A stretch of 64,000 bases of DNA from an uncultured delta proteobacterium. GTDB lineage: Bacteria > Desulfobacterota > Binatia > UBA9968. Made by a program: the position numbers and the translations under genes. The notes under the pieces were generated by a model, which made no database searches, was not told where the DNA came from, and was given only the letters and a program-made list of their open reading frames with translations. Below are positions 35,328 to 45,724 of this stretch, piece after piece; position 1 is the first letter of the stretch, and every line of letters starts with the position of its first letter. Location: contig CAWJZV010000002.1 in assembly GCA_963847445.1 (NCBI GenBank), positions 32,001 through 96,000 of the forward strand, in the 5' to 3' direction.

Positions 35328-36326
35328 ATGGCTTCATTTGGACTGACTTTGGCGAACCGCGGCGTGATCATCGGCGCGGTCACGGTACCGGAACTGTTCG
35401 ACATGGCGAAACGGGGCGAGGACTCCGGCGCATTTAGCGCTGTCTGGGTCGGCGATAGTCTGCTTGCCAAGCCGCGGCTGGAATCGATCACCTTGCTGTC
35501 GGCTCTGGCCGTGGTGACGAAAAAAGTCCAACTCGCGGTCGGCTGCATGGCGACCTTCCCGCACCGCCATCCGGCGCTGCTGGCGCAGCAATGGGCGAGC
35601 TTGGACGTGATCTCCGGCGGCCGCTCCTGGCTGGCGGTCTGTCTCGGCGGTCCCAACGAGCAGAGCCCGGCTCAAGCCCTCGAGCATAAAGTCATGGGCA
35701 TCAAGGACACCGAGCGCGTCGCCCGCCTCGAAGAGGGCATCGTCATTTTGAAAAAACTCTTCCATGAAGAGAAGGCATCGCATAAGGGGCGCTTCTATGA
35801 ATTCGAGGGCGTGACCATTCAACCGCGCCCGATTCAGAATCCTCTGCCGATCTGGATCGCCAGCAATCCCACCGGCCTGACGTGGAAAGATGGCGCCAGC
35901 GCGCCATCGCCTGCCGTCGAAAAAGGTCTACGGCGGGTGGCGAAATACGCCGACGGCTGGATGACCAACAAGGTTACACCTGAAGAATTCAAGTCCCAGT
36001 GGACGCGTATCTTGGCAATGGCCAAGGAAGAAGGCCGCGATCCGTCGAAAATCGGCAGCTCGCTGTACCACAACATCAACATCAACGAGAACCGCCAGGC
36101 GGCATTGGACGAGAGCAAGGCATTTCTCGATAAATACTACACGTCGAACTTCAGCATGAAGTTCGTCGAGGGCTTCACCACCGCCGGCAGCCCGAAACAG
36201 TGCATCGACGAACTCAAAGCCTATTTCGCCGCCGGCATCGAGCATGTGACGCTGCGCATGACGTCATGGGATCAGAACGGCCAGCTCAAGCGTTTTCTCG
36301 ATGAAGTCGTACCGGCGTTCAAATAA
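35328..36326 (+). CDS. LLM-class flavin-dependent oxidoreductase
   Basis: AVWVGDSLL, WASLDVISGGR, PRPIQNPLPIWIA, RVAKYADGW. Confidence 0.9.
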   Translation: MASFGLTLANRGVIIGAVTVPELFDMAKRGEDSGAFSAVWVGDSLLAKPRLESITLLSALAVVTKKVQLAVGCMATFPHRHPALLAQQWASLDVISGGRSWLAVCLGGPNEQSPAQALEHKVMGIKDTERVARLEEGIVILKKLFHEEKASHKGRFYEFEGVTIQPRPIQNPLPIWIASNPTGLTWKDGASAPSPAVEKGLRRVAKYADGWMTNKVTPEEFKSQWTRILAMAKEEGRDPSKIGSSLYHNININENRQAALDESKAFLDKYYTSNFSMKFVEGFTTAGSPKQCIDELKAYFAAGIEHVTLRMTSWDQNGQLKRFLDEVVPAFK

Positions 36327-36331
36327 AGAAG

Positions 36332-36420
36332 GTATTGGAGTAATGGAGTGTTGGAGTGATGGAGTAATGGGTCGGCCGAAGACCGTTCAGGTCCAACATT
36401 CCAGTAATCCATCACTCCAT
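36332..36420. repeat. 8-nt-period inverted repeat (GGAGTAAT)n ... (ACTCCA)n
   Basis: gtattggagtaatggagtgttggagtgatggagtaatgg ... ccaacattccagtaatccatcactcca. Confidence 0.8.
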
Positions 36421-36431
36421 CCCCGGTCTTC

Positions 36432-37217
36432 ATGATTCTCGGCATCGATCATCTCGTCATCGTCGTCAATGATCTCGACCAGGCGGCGCGCGACTACCAG
36501 CAGCTCGGCTTCACCGTGGTGCCCGGCGGCCAACATCCGGTGGGCAGCCACAATGTCTTGATCTCGTTCGCCGATGGTTCCTATCTGGAAATCATCGCGT
36601 TTTACCGCGAAGCGATCGATCATCGCTGGTGGGACCCCTTGCAAAAGGGCGAGCGTTTGGTCGATTTTTGCTTTCAAACCGACGATCTGCGCGGCGACAC
36701 CAAGAAATTGCAGGATGCCGCTGTCGCGATCAACAACCCCGTGCCCTGGTCGCGCAAACGGCCGGACGGCTATGAACTCAAGTGGCTCCTGTCACTGGCC
36801 ACCGGCAGCCACCGCGGCGTGGCGCCATTTCTGATCGAAGACGTGACCCCGCGCAGCGAGCGGATTCCGCAGCAGTTCGTTCATGCCAATCAAACAGCCG
36901 GCATCGAAAAATTGCTCGTCGCGGTCGGCGAGCTTGGGCAAATCGGCAAATGGTATGGCGCGCTCCTCGGCGTCAAAGGCGAACCCTTTGCCGACGCTAC
37001 CCTCGGCGCCGACGGCCTGCGCTTCCAAGTGGGCGCCCATACCTTGGACTTTGTCAGCCCGCGTGCAGCCCATAGCCCGCTGGTTCATTGGCTGCGTGAA
37101 TTTGGTCCGTCGCCCTATGCGGCAGTCTTGAACTCGGCCAGGGATGGGGCAAAGTCACTCGATAACGGCCTCAGCCATGGCGCACAATTACTGGTTCGCG
37201 AGAATCTGCCACGGTGA
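36432..37217 (+). CDS. VOC/glyoxalase_3 family protein
   Basis: IDHLVIVVNDL, GGQHP, SHNVLISF, YLEII, RKRPDG, PFLIE. Confidence 0.88.
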   Translation: MILGIDHLVIVVNDLDQAARDYQQLGFTVVPGGQHPVGSHNVLISFADGSYLEIIAFYREAIDHRWWDPLQKGERLVDFCFQTDDLRGDTKKLQDAAVAINNPVPWSRKRPDGYELKWLLSLATGSHRGVAPFLIEDVTPRSERIPQQFVHANQTAGIEKLLVAVGELGQIGKWYGALLGVKGEPFADATLGADGLRFQVGAHTLDFVSPRAAHSPLVHWLREFGPSPYAAVLNSARDGAKSLDNGLSHGAQLLVRENLPR

Positions 37218-37392
37218 CAAGCAGAATGCGTCGATGAAACTGCACGGACAAGTGTTTACGCCGCTGGATGGTGGTCGACGGAGTGGCGCGCCATCATCCC
37301 AGGCGGGTCAAACAATCTCGACACACATGACGACTTGGAGAGCTTACTCAAGTGCGATCTTTTAGTTAACCGTTCCGGGGAGAATCATCCTC

Positions 37393-38085
37393 ATGACCAT
37401 ACAAGAGAAACTGGCATTGGCCTGCCGCATCCTGGCCATGCAGGGCCACAACGACATGATCTACGGCCATGTTTCGGCGCGCAGCGAAAATCCGCAGCAG
37501 TATTGGATCAAGGGCTCAGGCATCGGCCTGGAAGAGGCCACCGCCGAGGATATGGTGCTGATCGATTTCGAGGGCAATACCCTGGCCGGCAAGCGCAAAC
37601 GCCACAACGAATTCCCGATCCACAGCGAGGTCTACCGGACCAATCCGGGAATCCAGTGCGTGATTCACACCCACCCGACCTACTCGACGATCATCGCCTC
37701 GTCCGACAAATCGATCCTGCCGATCACCAACCTGAGCTGCGCGTTTTATCCGCCGGCCATCGACAAGTTCGAGGAATCCTCCGATTTGATCGTCAGTCCC
37801 GCGCAAGGCATATCGGTGGCCAAACTGTTGGGCGAACATCAAATCGTGCTGCTGCGCAATCACGGCATCGTCGTTGCCGGTCCGAACATCGAAGAGACCT
37901 GCATCCGCGGCGTGCTGCTCGAACATAGCGCCAAGACCCAGGTCATAGCCGCGTCCATGGGTCCATTCACCTGGGCCACCGACGCCGACGCGCTGCTTAA
38001 ACGAAAACGAATTTACCGGCCCGACGCGATGATAAATTTATGGGAATATTATCTGCGCATGTTGCGCAAGCATGAAAGCAAGTAG
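37393..38085 (+). CDS. Class II aldolase/adducin family protein
   Basis: GHVSAR, EFPIHSEVY, VIHTHP, LLRNHG. Confidence 0.9.
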   Translation: MTIQEKLALACRILAMQGHNDMIYGHVSARSENPQQYWIKGSGIGLEEATAEDMVLIDFEGNTLAGKRKRHNEFPIHSEVYRTNPGIQCVIHTHPTYSTIIASSDKSILPITNLSCAFYPPAIDKFEESSDLIVSPAQGISVAKLLGEHQIVLLRNHGIVVAGPNIEETCIRGVLLEHSAKTQVIAASMGPFTWATDADALLKRKRIYRPDAMINLWEYYLRMLRKHESK

Positions 38086-38112
38086 CCGTTCAACCGGCTG
38101 ACAGACAGCCTC

Positions 38113-38191
38113 TGTTCAAAACGTTCAAGTCGTTCAAATCCGTTTCCTTCGGACGTTTTGAACGACTTGAACTGCTTGAACGTTTTGAACG
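38113..38191. repeat. 9-nt-period GTTCAA...TTGAAC hairpin between convergent genes; similar element at 53174-53304
   Basis: gttcaaaacgttcaagtcgttcaaa...ttttgaacgacttgaactgcttgaacgttttgaac. Confidence 0.8.
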
Positions 38192-38196
38192 CAGGT

Positions 38197-39388
38197 TTAC
38201 CGGTGAATCCCCAGGAACGCAAAAACCTTCGCTGCGTTGAAGACGTTATTTAACGCCACCAGATCGTGATCGGTGTGTTGAAAGCGGATGTCGCGGGCGC
38301 CGTAATTGATCGCCTGGATGCCGCGATGGTTGAATAGTCCGGTGTCGTTGGCGGCGGTTGAGTAGCAGAACTTCGGCTCATAGTTGAGCATCGTCCGGAT
38401 CCCCTGTTCGAGCACCTGCACCACTTCGGCGTCTTTCGCCACTTCGCTGGGATACATAAAATCGCGCGGCTGCACTTCGATCTCGAAGGGCTCGATCTTG
38501 CCGATGGCGTCTTTCATCTGCTCGATCGCTTTGGCCGGATCGTCGCCGGGCAAGAGCCGGCGGTCGAACATGATGCGGCATTCGCTCTGGATCGTGTGGG
38601 TCGCCTTGGGAAAACTTTCGATGGCGTTAGTCGTCAGGCTGACGTTGCCCAACTCGGGATGACGTTTATCCTCAGGGTGTCGGCATCAGCGGCTTCAACC
38701 GCTCCAACACCTGCATGGCGCCGTCGATGGCATTGATACCTTCCCAGGGCCGGCTGCTATGGGCCTGCTTGCCTTTGACGACGACCAGCACGTCAACCCT
38801 GCCCTTGTTACCCAGTTGAATCTCCGGCGGGCCGTCGATGACGCACCACTCCGCTTGCACGTTGCCATGATCGAGCACATGAACCAGCGAATCATGCTTG
38901 CCGGTCTCGCCGGCGGTGCTGACGATAAAATAAAGATCGCTGGGCAATTCGACTTTGTGGCTGCCGATGAATTTCACCGCCGCCATCATCGCCGCCAAAC
39001 TGCCCTTCTGTTCGCAGGCGCCGCGTCCCCAGACGCACTCGCCGTCGAGTCTGTAGGGCGTGCCGTCGACGATGGCGCCGGAATAGGGATTTTCCATCGT
39101 GCTCGGCGCCGCGCACATGGCATAACCGACCAGCATCAAACGGCCCTTAGGCTGGCGTCCCTTGATGACAAGAATCAGATTGCCCATCTTATCGAGGAAT
39201 GGTTTTAGCCCTGACTGCTGCAGCTCAGCCATGATCACGTCTTTGATCAGCGCGAGCACCTGCGGCTCCGCTTCGAGCAGCCGCGTCTGCGGACTGGCAT
39301 GTTGCACCAGCTTCACCGTCAGCCGCTTGACCTCGTCGTAGCTGAGATTCTTGTCAATTAATTTTTTGGCGGTGCCCGCGTCCAGCAT
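38197..39388 (-). CDS. M20/M25/M40 peptidase-like (ArgE/DapE) protein with atypical metal ligands (indel)
   Basis: VWGRGACEQKG, KGKQAHSSRPWEGINAI, DRRLLPG, QHTDHD. Confidence 0.82.
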
Positions 39389-39409
39389 ATTTCTTCCTCA
39401 AATCTTATA

Positions 39410-41179
39410 TCAATGTCCCTCAAAGTCGCCGCCGACTTTGCCGATCCGGCGGGCGATCAAGATCAGCGTCATGCACACCAAGCTCACCACCAACGCCAAC
39501 GAACACATGGGCCCCAAATTGCCGTCGACGTAGAAGTGATAGAGCAACGGCCCCAACGGTTCGGCTCCCGGAGAATAGAGAAAGACCGAGGTGCTGAACT
39601 CGCGCAGAAAGATCGACGCCAAAAGTATCCAGCCGGCAATAAACCCCGGACGCAACAACGGCAAAAGAATGCGCCGGAAAGTCGTCAGGAAACTGGCGCC
39701 GCAGACCATCGAGGCCTGCTGCAGGTCGTCGTGCAATTGCACGATGGTGCTGGTCATGGTGCGTAGACCATAGGGCAAGAACCGCGTGATGTAGCCGATC
39801 ATCAGAATCCACAACGTGCCGTAGATCGGCAGCGGGATATACACGTAGGTCCAAAGTAAACCGATCGCCAAGGCGGTGCCGGGAAACGCCCAAGGGATGA
39901 ACGTCAAGGCTTCGATGACGCCGCGGCCGACCGTTTTGGTCTTGGTGGTGACCCAGGCGGTGAGCGCCGCCAGGAGCATGCACAGCGTCGCGCCGACGAC
40001 GGCGAGAAACAAGCTATTTTGCAGCGCCCGGTAAGTGCGCGTATCGGAGAGATTGGTGATGTAGTTATCCAGCGTCAGCAGCTCCCAGGTCTTGGCGCTG
40101 GGAACGTGAACGTAGGTGATAAAAGACACGTAGATCATGACTAGTGACGGCAGAACCACGATCAGGACGAGAATGAGACCGGCCAGCGCCGACGCCGCAT
40201 AACGCCACTTGCCCAGGTCGATGATCATCGGCCGATAACCGCGTCCGGTGACCGTCACGTAACGCTCCGAGCGCGCGGTTAAGTGCCGATAATAATAGAC
40301 GAAGAACATGGTGATCAGCAGCAACGAGACCCCATAAGCCGCGGCGAGATTTTGATTTGGCGGGAAAGCGCCGATCGCCTCGCGGTAGATTTTCGTCGTA
40401 AAAACTTCAATGCGCGCCGGCAGTGCAATGATCGCCGGGGTATCGAAACTCTCGATGGCGCGCACGAAGTTGAGCATCGCCGAAGCCAGCAAGGCCGGGC
40501 GCACGATCGGCAGCGTGATGCGCCAGGCGATCTGCATGTTGCTCGAACCGGCCACTCGCGCCGATTCTTCCAGCGCAGGGTCCATCGAATAAAGCGCCGC
40601 CGACACCATCAAAAATGCCAGTGGCACGGTGATCAAAGCCTCGACGTAAACCATGCCCCAAAGCGAATACAGATTGAACGGCGCTTCCGATAGGTCGAAG
40701 AGCTGCATCAAGGAACGGTTGATCAAGCCGGTGCGCGGGCTTAACAACACCGTCCACGACACCGCCAGCATCACCGGCGGAAAGATATTCGGCACGATGG
40801 CGGTTATTTCAAACAGCCTGCGCAACGGCGCGTTGGTGCGAATCGAGATCCAGGCCAATGTCGCCGCCAATGCGGTGGCGAGCAAGGCGGAACCGCCGGC
40901 GAAGACGAACGAATTGAACAACAGCTGATAAGTGAGCGGATCGCTGTAAGCGCTGATGTAATGCGCCAGGGTGAATTCTCCCGGCACGCCGAGCGGCTTG
41001 CTGCGAAAGCTGCCGTAGAAAAGCATCAGCGTCGGCGAGAGGCTCAGGTAGGCGATCACCACGCCGACGAAGACGACCACCGCGAGCTGCGGATTTTGCC
41101 GAAAGGCTCGCAGCGGGCGATCAAAAAGGCGGCTCGGAGCCACCGCATCAGTTAACGCCGTGTCTTTCACTTCCGTCAC
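39410..41179 (-). CDS. FbpB/ThiP-type ABC permease (two TM modules)
   Basis: MDPALEESARVAG and LQQASMVCGAS EAA loops. Confidence 0.92.
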   Translation of the reverse strand: MTEVKDTALTDAVAPSRLFDRPLRAFRQNPQLAVVVFVGVVIAYLSLSPTLMLFYGSFRSKPLGVPGEFTLAHYISAYSDPLTYQLLFNSFVFAGGSALLATALAATLAWISIRTNAPLRRLFEITAIVPNIFPPVMLAVSWTVLLSPRTGLINRSLMQLFDLSEAPFNLYSLWGMVYVEALITVPLAFLMVSAALYSMDPALEESARVAGSSNMQIAWRITLPIVRPALLASAMLNFVRAIESFDTPAIIALPARIEVFTTKIYREAIGAFPPNQNLAAAYGVSLLLITMFFVYYYRHLTARSERYVTVTGRGYRPMIIDLGKWRYAASALAGLILVLIVVLPSLVMIYVSFITYVHVPSAKTWELLTLDNYITNLSDTRTYRALQNSLFLAVVGATLCMLLAALTAWVTTKTKTVGRGVIEALTFIPWAFPGTALAIGLLWTYVYIPLPIYGTLWILMIGYITRFLPYGLRTMTSTIVQLHDDLQQASMVCGASFLTTFRRILLPLLRPGFIAGWILLASIFLREFSTSVFLYSPGAEPLGPLLYHFYVDGNLGPMCSLALVVSLVCMTLILIARRIGKVGGDFEGH

Positions 41180-41180
41180 T

Positions 41181-41234
41181 AAAACAAAAAGAGGACCGGC
41201 CGCGCGCGCCTTTCGCGCACAGGCCAGCCCTCTT
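41181..41234 (-). terminator. Hairpin plus U tract between the SBP and permease genes
   Basis: Minus strand AAGAGGGCTGGCC...GGCCGGTCCTCTTTTTGTTTT. Confidence 0.65.
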
Positions 41235-41269
41235 GTGCTGCAATCGATTCAGAGCGATCCCGCTACCAG

Positions 41270-42286
41270 CTATTTGCCGAAGAAAATTTCCCGAAAGGTG
41301 TTGCTCATCAGTTTTTTAAACTCATCCTCGGATGGGTTATCCATAAAAATCATATTGGGAGCGACTTTTTCCGCGTCTTTGATCGGCGGAAAAATTCCCG
41401 GATACATCACGAACTCGCCTTCCTCGGCCACCAGTTTTTGGCCCTCCTCCGAGCATATGAACTCAAGATATAACTTCGCCGCGTTCGGATGAGACGCCTT
41501 GGCGCCGAGACTCATATAATTCGGATCGGTCAAATATTTGTCCATCAAGGCGTAGGCAACCGGCCCTTTGTACTGTTTTACATATTTGATGTAGGTAATG
41601 CCCACCGGCGCCTCGCCCTTGATAATCGTGGTCGTAACCGGAGCCAAAGATTCGACCAGAAGCGGTTGCTGTTTGGCCAGTGCTCTGACCAGATCCAACC
41701 ATTTATCGCCTTTGAACTTGCTCAGATTCCACAGAAACTGCGCCGTCGTGGTGTGCCGGGTAGGATCGGGCATGGTCAATTTGCGGCTCCATTTGGGACT
41801 CGCAAGCTCGTCGAAGGTCTTCGGAATATCGCCCGACTTGACCATATCCGTGTTGTACAAAATACTGATTGGCAGCACCCGCCAGGGCGTGATCATGCCG
41901 TCTTTTTCCTTGAACTGGGCCGGAAACTTCTCAGACGATGGCGGGATGTATTTTTGGAATAGCCCGTCGTCCCGCATGATCAGCTGAACTCCGCGATTGC
42001 CTTCGACGACATCGAAGCCGGGTTTACCCGCCCGCCATTCGGTCAGCGCCCGTTCCGACACTTGTGTCGAGGAACCTCGCCAATATTCGGCGGTTATGCC
42101 ATATTTTTTTTCAAATGCGCTGTGCAGCGGCTTCATGGCTTGAGGCACCTGGGCACCGTATACGACGACTTTGCCTTCCTTCTTGGCCGCCTCGACGTTG
42201 ACCGCTTGCGCCCACAGCGGCGCAGCGCCTAGCAGGATAGCGGTAAGGCTGAGAAACAGTAACCAAAGTGTCTTGCCGTTTTTCAT
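41270..42286 (-). CDS. ABC extracellular solute-binding protein (AfuA/FbpA-like)
   Basis: Signal peptide; AAKKEGKVVVYG, YNTDMV, HPNAAKLYLEFICSEEGQ. Confidence 0.88.
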   Translation of the reverse strand: MKNGKTLWLLFLSLTAILLGAAPLWAQAVNVEAAKKEGKVVVYGAQVPQAMKPLHSAFEKKYGITAEYWRGSSTQVSERALTEWRAGKPGFDVVEGNRGVQLIMRDDGLFQKYIPPSSEKFPAQFKEKDGMITPWRVLPISILYNTDMVKSGDIPKTFDELASPKWSRKLTMPDPTRHTTTAQFLWNLSKFKGDKWLDLVRALAKQQPLLVESLAPVTTTIIKGEAPVGITYIKYVKQYKGPVAYALMDKYLTDPNYMSLGAKASHPNAAKLYLEFICSEEGQKLVAEEGEFVMYPGIFPPIKDAEKVAPNMIFMDNPSEDEFKKLMSNTFREIFFGK

Positions 42287-42367
42287 CGGTTCCTCCATTT
42301 TGTCCGAGCCGTTCAATAGGTATCGACCGTAACCGGCTAAGTCAAGCCGGGATGTCCCTGCGAAAAG

Positions 42368-43504
42368 CTATTTCGCCATGAACAACTGGCGAAAATCGCC
42401 AAGGAGTTTCTGCAGCTGTTCGGAGCTCGGATCGTCGAGCAATGTCAGATTGGCCATGATCCGGTCGGCGCCCTTGATCGCCGGATAGACGCCTGGCGAA
42501 AGCACGAACTCATGAGTCTCGGCGACTTTCTTCTGCCCTTCGGGAGAACACAGATAATCGACCAGGAAGCGCGCCGCATTGGGATTGACGGCTTTGGCGC
42601 TGATCGCCGAGTCGCTTGGATCGGCGAAGGGTTGATCGATCGGCGCGAAGCCGATGGGTCCTTTGGTCTGCGGCACGTACTGGATATACGAGATGCCGAG
42701 CGCGGCTTCGCCGCGCACGATGGCATTGGGCACCGAAGAATAGGACTCAACCAAGAGTGGTCTTTGCTTGGCCAGGGCGCGCACGAAGTCGAGCCACTTG
42801 TCGCCTTTGATCTTCTGGAGGTTCCACAAAAATGTCGCCGTGCTGGCGTGGCGCGACGGGTCGGGCATGCTGATCTTGCCCTGCCACTTGGGATCGAGCA
42901 AATCATCCCAGCTCTTCGGAACGTCGTTGGCTTTTACCAAGTCAGTATTGGTGAGAATCCCCACCGGAGTGACGCGCCATGCGGTCAGTTGGCCATCCTT
43001 GTCGCGGAACTTGGCGGGAAAATTCGCCGCGCTCGCCGGGGTAAACTTCGCGTAGACCCCGTCGGCTTTGGCCAGCGACAATGGGCCGCGCGCGCCGATC
43101 ACCATGTCGAATCCTGGTCTGCCGGCGCGCCATTCGGTCAACACCCGGTCGACCACCTTGGTCGCATCACCGCGCCAGTACTCGATGTTGACGCCATACT
43201 TCGCTTCGAACCCCGCTTCGATGAGTTTCATCACCTGGGGGACGATCGTGCCGTAGACCACGACTTTGCCTTCCTTCTTGGCCGCCTCGAGGCTGACGCC
43301 CTGGGCCGAAGCTTGCGACGGCAGCGCGAAAAAGAGCAAAAGCAAAGTTGGCAAGGCACCGTGCGCAAGTGAACGCCCGCTAGTTAAAAATCTCCCCTGT
43401 CCGCTCTTTTTCAAAGAGGGGTAATCTTCGCTCCCATCCGATTTCGCCCTTTGGAAAAGGGGGAGCAAGGGGGATTTTCTTTTGACAGCAACGAAAGTTT
43501 CCAT
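42368..43504 (-). CDS. ABC extracellular solute-binding protein, paralogue with an in-frame palindromic repeat in the N-terminus
   Basis: AAKKEGKVVVYG, PKSWDDLLDPKW, NPNAARFLVDYLCSPEGQ. Confidence 0.88.
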   Translation of the reverse strand: METFVAVKRKSPLLPLFQRAKSDGSEDYPSLKKSGQGRFLTSGRSLAHGALPTLLLLFFALPSQASAQGVSLEAAKKEGKVVVYGTIVPQVMKLIEAGFEAKYGVNIEYWRGDATKVVDRVLTEWRAGRPGFDMVIGARGPLSLAKADGVYAKFTPASAANFPAKFRDKDGQLTAWRVTPVGILTNTDLVKANDVPKSWDDLLDPKWQGKISMPDPSRHASTATFLWNLQKIKGDKWLDFVRALAKQRPLLVESYSSVPNAIVRGEAALGISYIQYVPQTKGPIGFAPIDQPFADPSDSAISAKAVNPNAARFLVDYLCSPEGQKKVAETHEFVLSPGVYPAIKGADRIMANLTLLDDPSSEQLQKLLGDFRQLFMAK

Positions 43505-43577
43505 GTGCACCTCTATTCAATAAATCGTTATGCGGTTTAAACGATCGCTTTCAGAAATAATATCGCGCTAATAATTC

Positions 43578-44562
43578 TTATCCAACAATCTCGCGCGCCA
43601 TGCGCACCACCCGCTTGCGCGCCTCCTGGGTGCCGGTGGGCAGCACGATCGGCAGCTCCAGTCCGCCCTTGGTGAAAGCTTCGAGCTGTTTGGCACAATC
43701 GCCTGGCGTGCCGGCCACCGAATGGGCGAAGACAACTTCGTCGCTGATGAATTTCTTTGCCGCTTCCCAGTCGCGTTTTGCCACCGCGGCGGCGAGTCCT
43801 TCCTGGTCAACCTTGCCGCCGCCCAGGCGAATATTTTCGGCGTGGTGCACGTTACGAAAAATATAGGCGAGAAAATGTTTGTTGGCATCGATGGCTTCCT
43901 TGGCGCTGTCCGACACTGCCGCCGTGACAAAGCCGGCGACATCGACATTCTCGGCGGACTTGCCGCCCTTGATAGCGCCTACGGCGATGTCATCGGCGCA
44001 TTTGCGGATGTAGCCAGGCGCGCATCCGGCCGAGAGCAAAACGCCGTCGCCGATCTCGCCGCCCAATTGCAGCATGCGTGAGCGCACCGCGGTGATATAC
44101 ATTTTAATTGGCGTCGACGGTAGGAAACCCATCTTGGCGCCGTTGATGTGAAACATCTTGCCGTGAAAGTTGACGGTGTCGCCTTGCAAATAACCGCGCA
44201 AAATCTTCGACATACTCGCGCATGGTTTGGAGCGGATGAGGCGACTCCATGCCGGCTTCCTTGAGCGCCGCCGCGTTGCCTGTGCCGGGGCTGCCGATCA
44301 CTCGGCCCGGCGCGAATTCGTCCATGGTCGCGATCGCCATCGCGGTGATCATCGGATTGCGCGAATAGGGGCTCGCCGGCGCAGCCGCCACTTTGATCTT
44401 GTTGGTGGACGCGAGCAGCGCCATCGCAGTGGTGAAGGAATCGCGAAAGCATAGATGATCCGACATCCAAATCGAATCCATGCCGATATCGTCAGCCAGT
44501 TGCGCCAACTCGATCATCTCTTGGATCGAATAAAACCCGTCAAAGCAAAGTCCGACACGCAT
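43578..44562 (-). CDS. LLM-class oxidoreductase (Mer/F420-type-like), indel
   Basis: MRVGLCFDG, SIWMSDH, PYSRNP, GEIGDGVLL, VAGTP. Confidence 0.85.
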
Positions 44563-44570
44563 AAGAACTC

Positions 44571-45677
44571 CTAAAAGCCATCGGCAAGCAGTGCCGGCAG
44601 CGCTTGCGGCGCTATGCCGGCCAGCCCCATCTTATCCAGGGTCAATCCGTCGCGGCGAAAATCCACCCCGAGCGCCGTCGACGCCAGCGTGATCAGCGCG
44701 TCCATCACCGGGGTCCTGACGCCCAGCAGTTTGCCGACCTCCGCCATCGGCACCAGTCCATAGCCGACATCTTCGCGAATATAGCGATGATCGAGCGACG
44801 GCGGCGCTTTGATGGTAAAGTTAGGCTCGCTGTGGTGAATCGCCTGATATGCGGAACCAGTATCGCGCGCTTCAGCGGTTGTCAGTCCGGCTTGATGAAA
44901 AATGTCGACGAAGCGTAGCGGTTGTAAGCCAAGCCGTCGGACGATTTCCAGTCGCTCCTGATCGACGGCGTCGATCCATGCGCCGATCGCCGGCGTGATG
45001 CCCTCGCGGTAATAGAGAAACTCGCCGCTGGTCTTTTCAATCCAGCCCGCGTTGCCGAGCATGCCCGCTGGATGCATGATCGCATTGATATTGGAAAAAC
45101 CGGTCTCCATCACATTGGCAGCCGGGACGACGTTGGGAAAGACGCTGTGAATTTCTCGCACCAACGCCGCCGTGTGCTTAGCCGGGAATGCCGCACAACG
45201 CAGGTTGGTCGTGCGCCGGTAGATTTCCACCCGGCCGAACTGCGGCATGCGGCAAATGTAAGTGAGCGTCACCGTCTCGCAAAGCTTCACGTCGGCCGTA
45301 CAACCAGCTTGGCGCAACAAGTTGGCAAAGTGCAGCGCGCCACCGGTGTGGCCGGGATTCAAAAGAACCTTCTGACCGTCGGTTAAGTAGCTGGCGATTC
45401 CCTTGGCTAAATACTCGTGGCCGACCGCCGGCGTCGTGACAACGATCAGATCCACGCCCTGCACCACCGGCGGCAAATGCGGGCTCAAGAAAAACGGCGC
45501 GGCCTTCTTGCTCACGCCGCCTTCGATTAATTCGATTTCGCCGAGCTTGCCGAGTTTGACCGTGGTGCTTTCCGAACGCGAGAATAGTCGGACCTGAAAA
45601 CCGCGCAACGTTAGATCGGCGGCCGCCGCACAGCCGCCGTTGCCGGCGCCGAGTATTGCGATCTTATGAATGGCCAT
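44571..45677 (-). CDS. NAD/NADP octopine/nopaline dehydrogenase family
   Basis: ILGAGNGG, LNPGHTGG, NINAIMHP, DQERL, HRYIREDVGYGLVP. Confidence 0.92.
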   Translation of the reverse strand: MAIHKIAILGAGNGGCAAAADLTLRGFQVRLFSRSESTTVKLGKLGEIELIEGGVSKKAAPFFLSPHLPPVVQGVDLIVVTTPAVGHEYLAKGIASYLTDGQKVLLNPGHTGGALHFANLLRQAGCTADVKLCETVTLTYICRMPQFGRVEIYRRTTNLRCAAFPAKHTAALVREIHSVFPNVVPAANVMETGFSNINAIMHPAGMLGNAGWIEKTSGEFLYYREGITPAIGAWIDAVDQERLEIVRRLGLQPLRFVDIFHQAGLTTAEARDTGSAYQAIHHSEPNFTIKAPPSLDHRYIREDVGYGLVPMAEVGKLLGVRTPVMDALITLASTALGVDFRRDGLTLDKMGLAGIAPQALPALLADGF

Positions 45678-45691
45678 TGAAATGTGGTCGT

Positions 45692-45719
45692 GTAGGGGCG
45701 ATTCATGAATCGCCCCTAC
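45692..45719. repeat. REP matching those flanking the RAYT at 54.8-55.4 kb
   Basis: gtaggggcgattcatgaatcgcccctac. Confidence 0.9.
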
Positions 45720-45724
45720 GGTCT

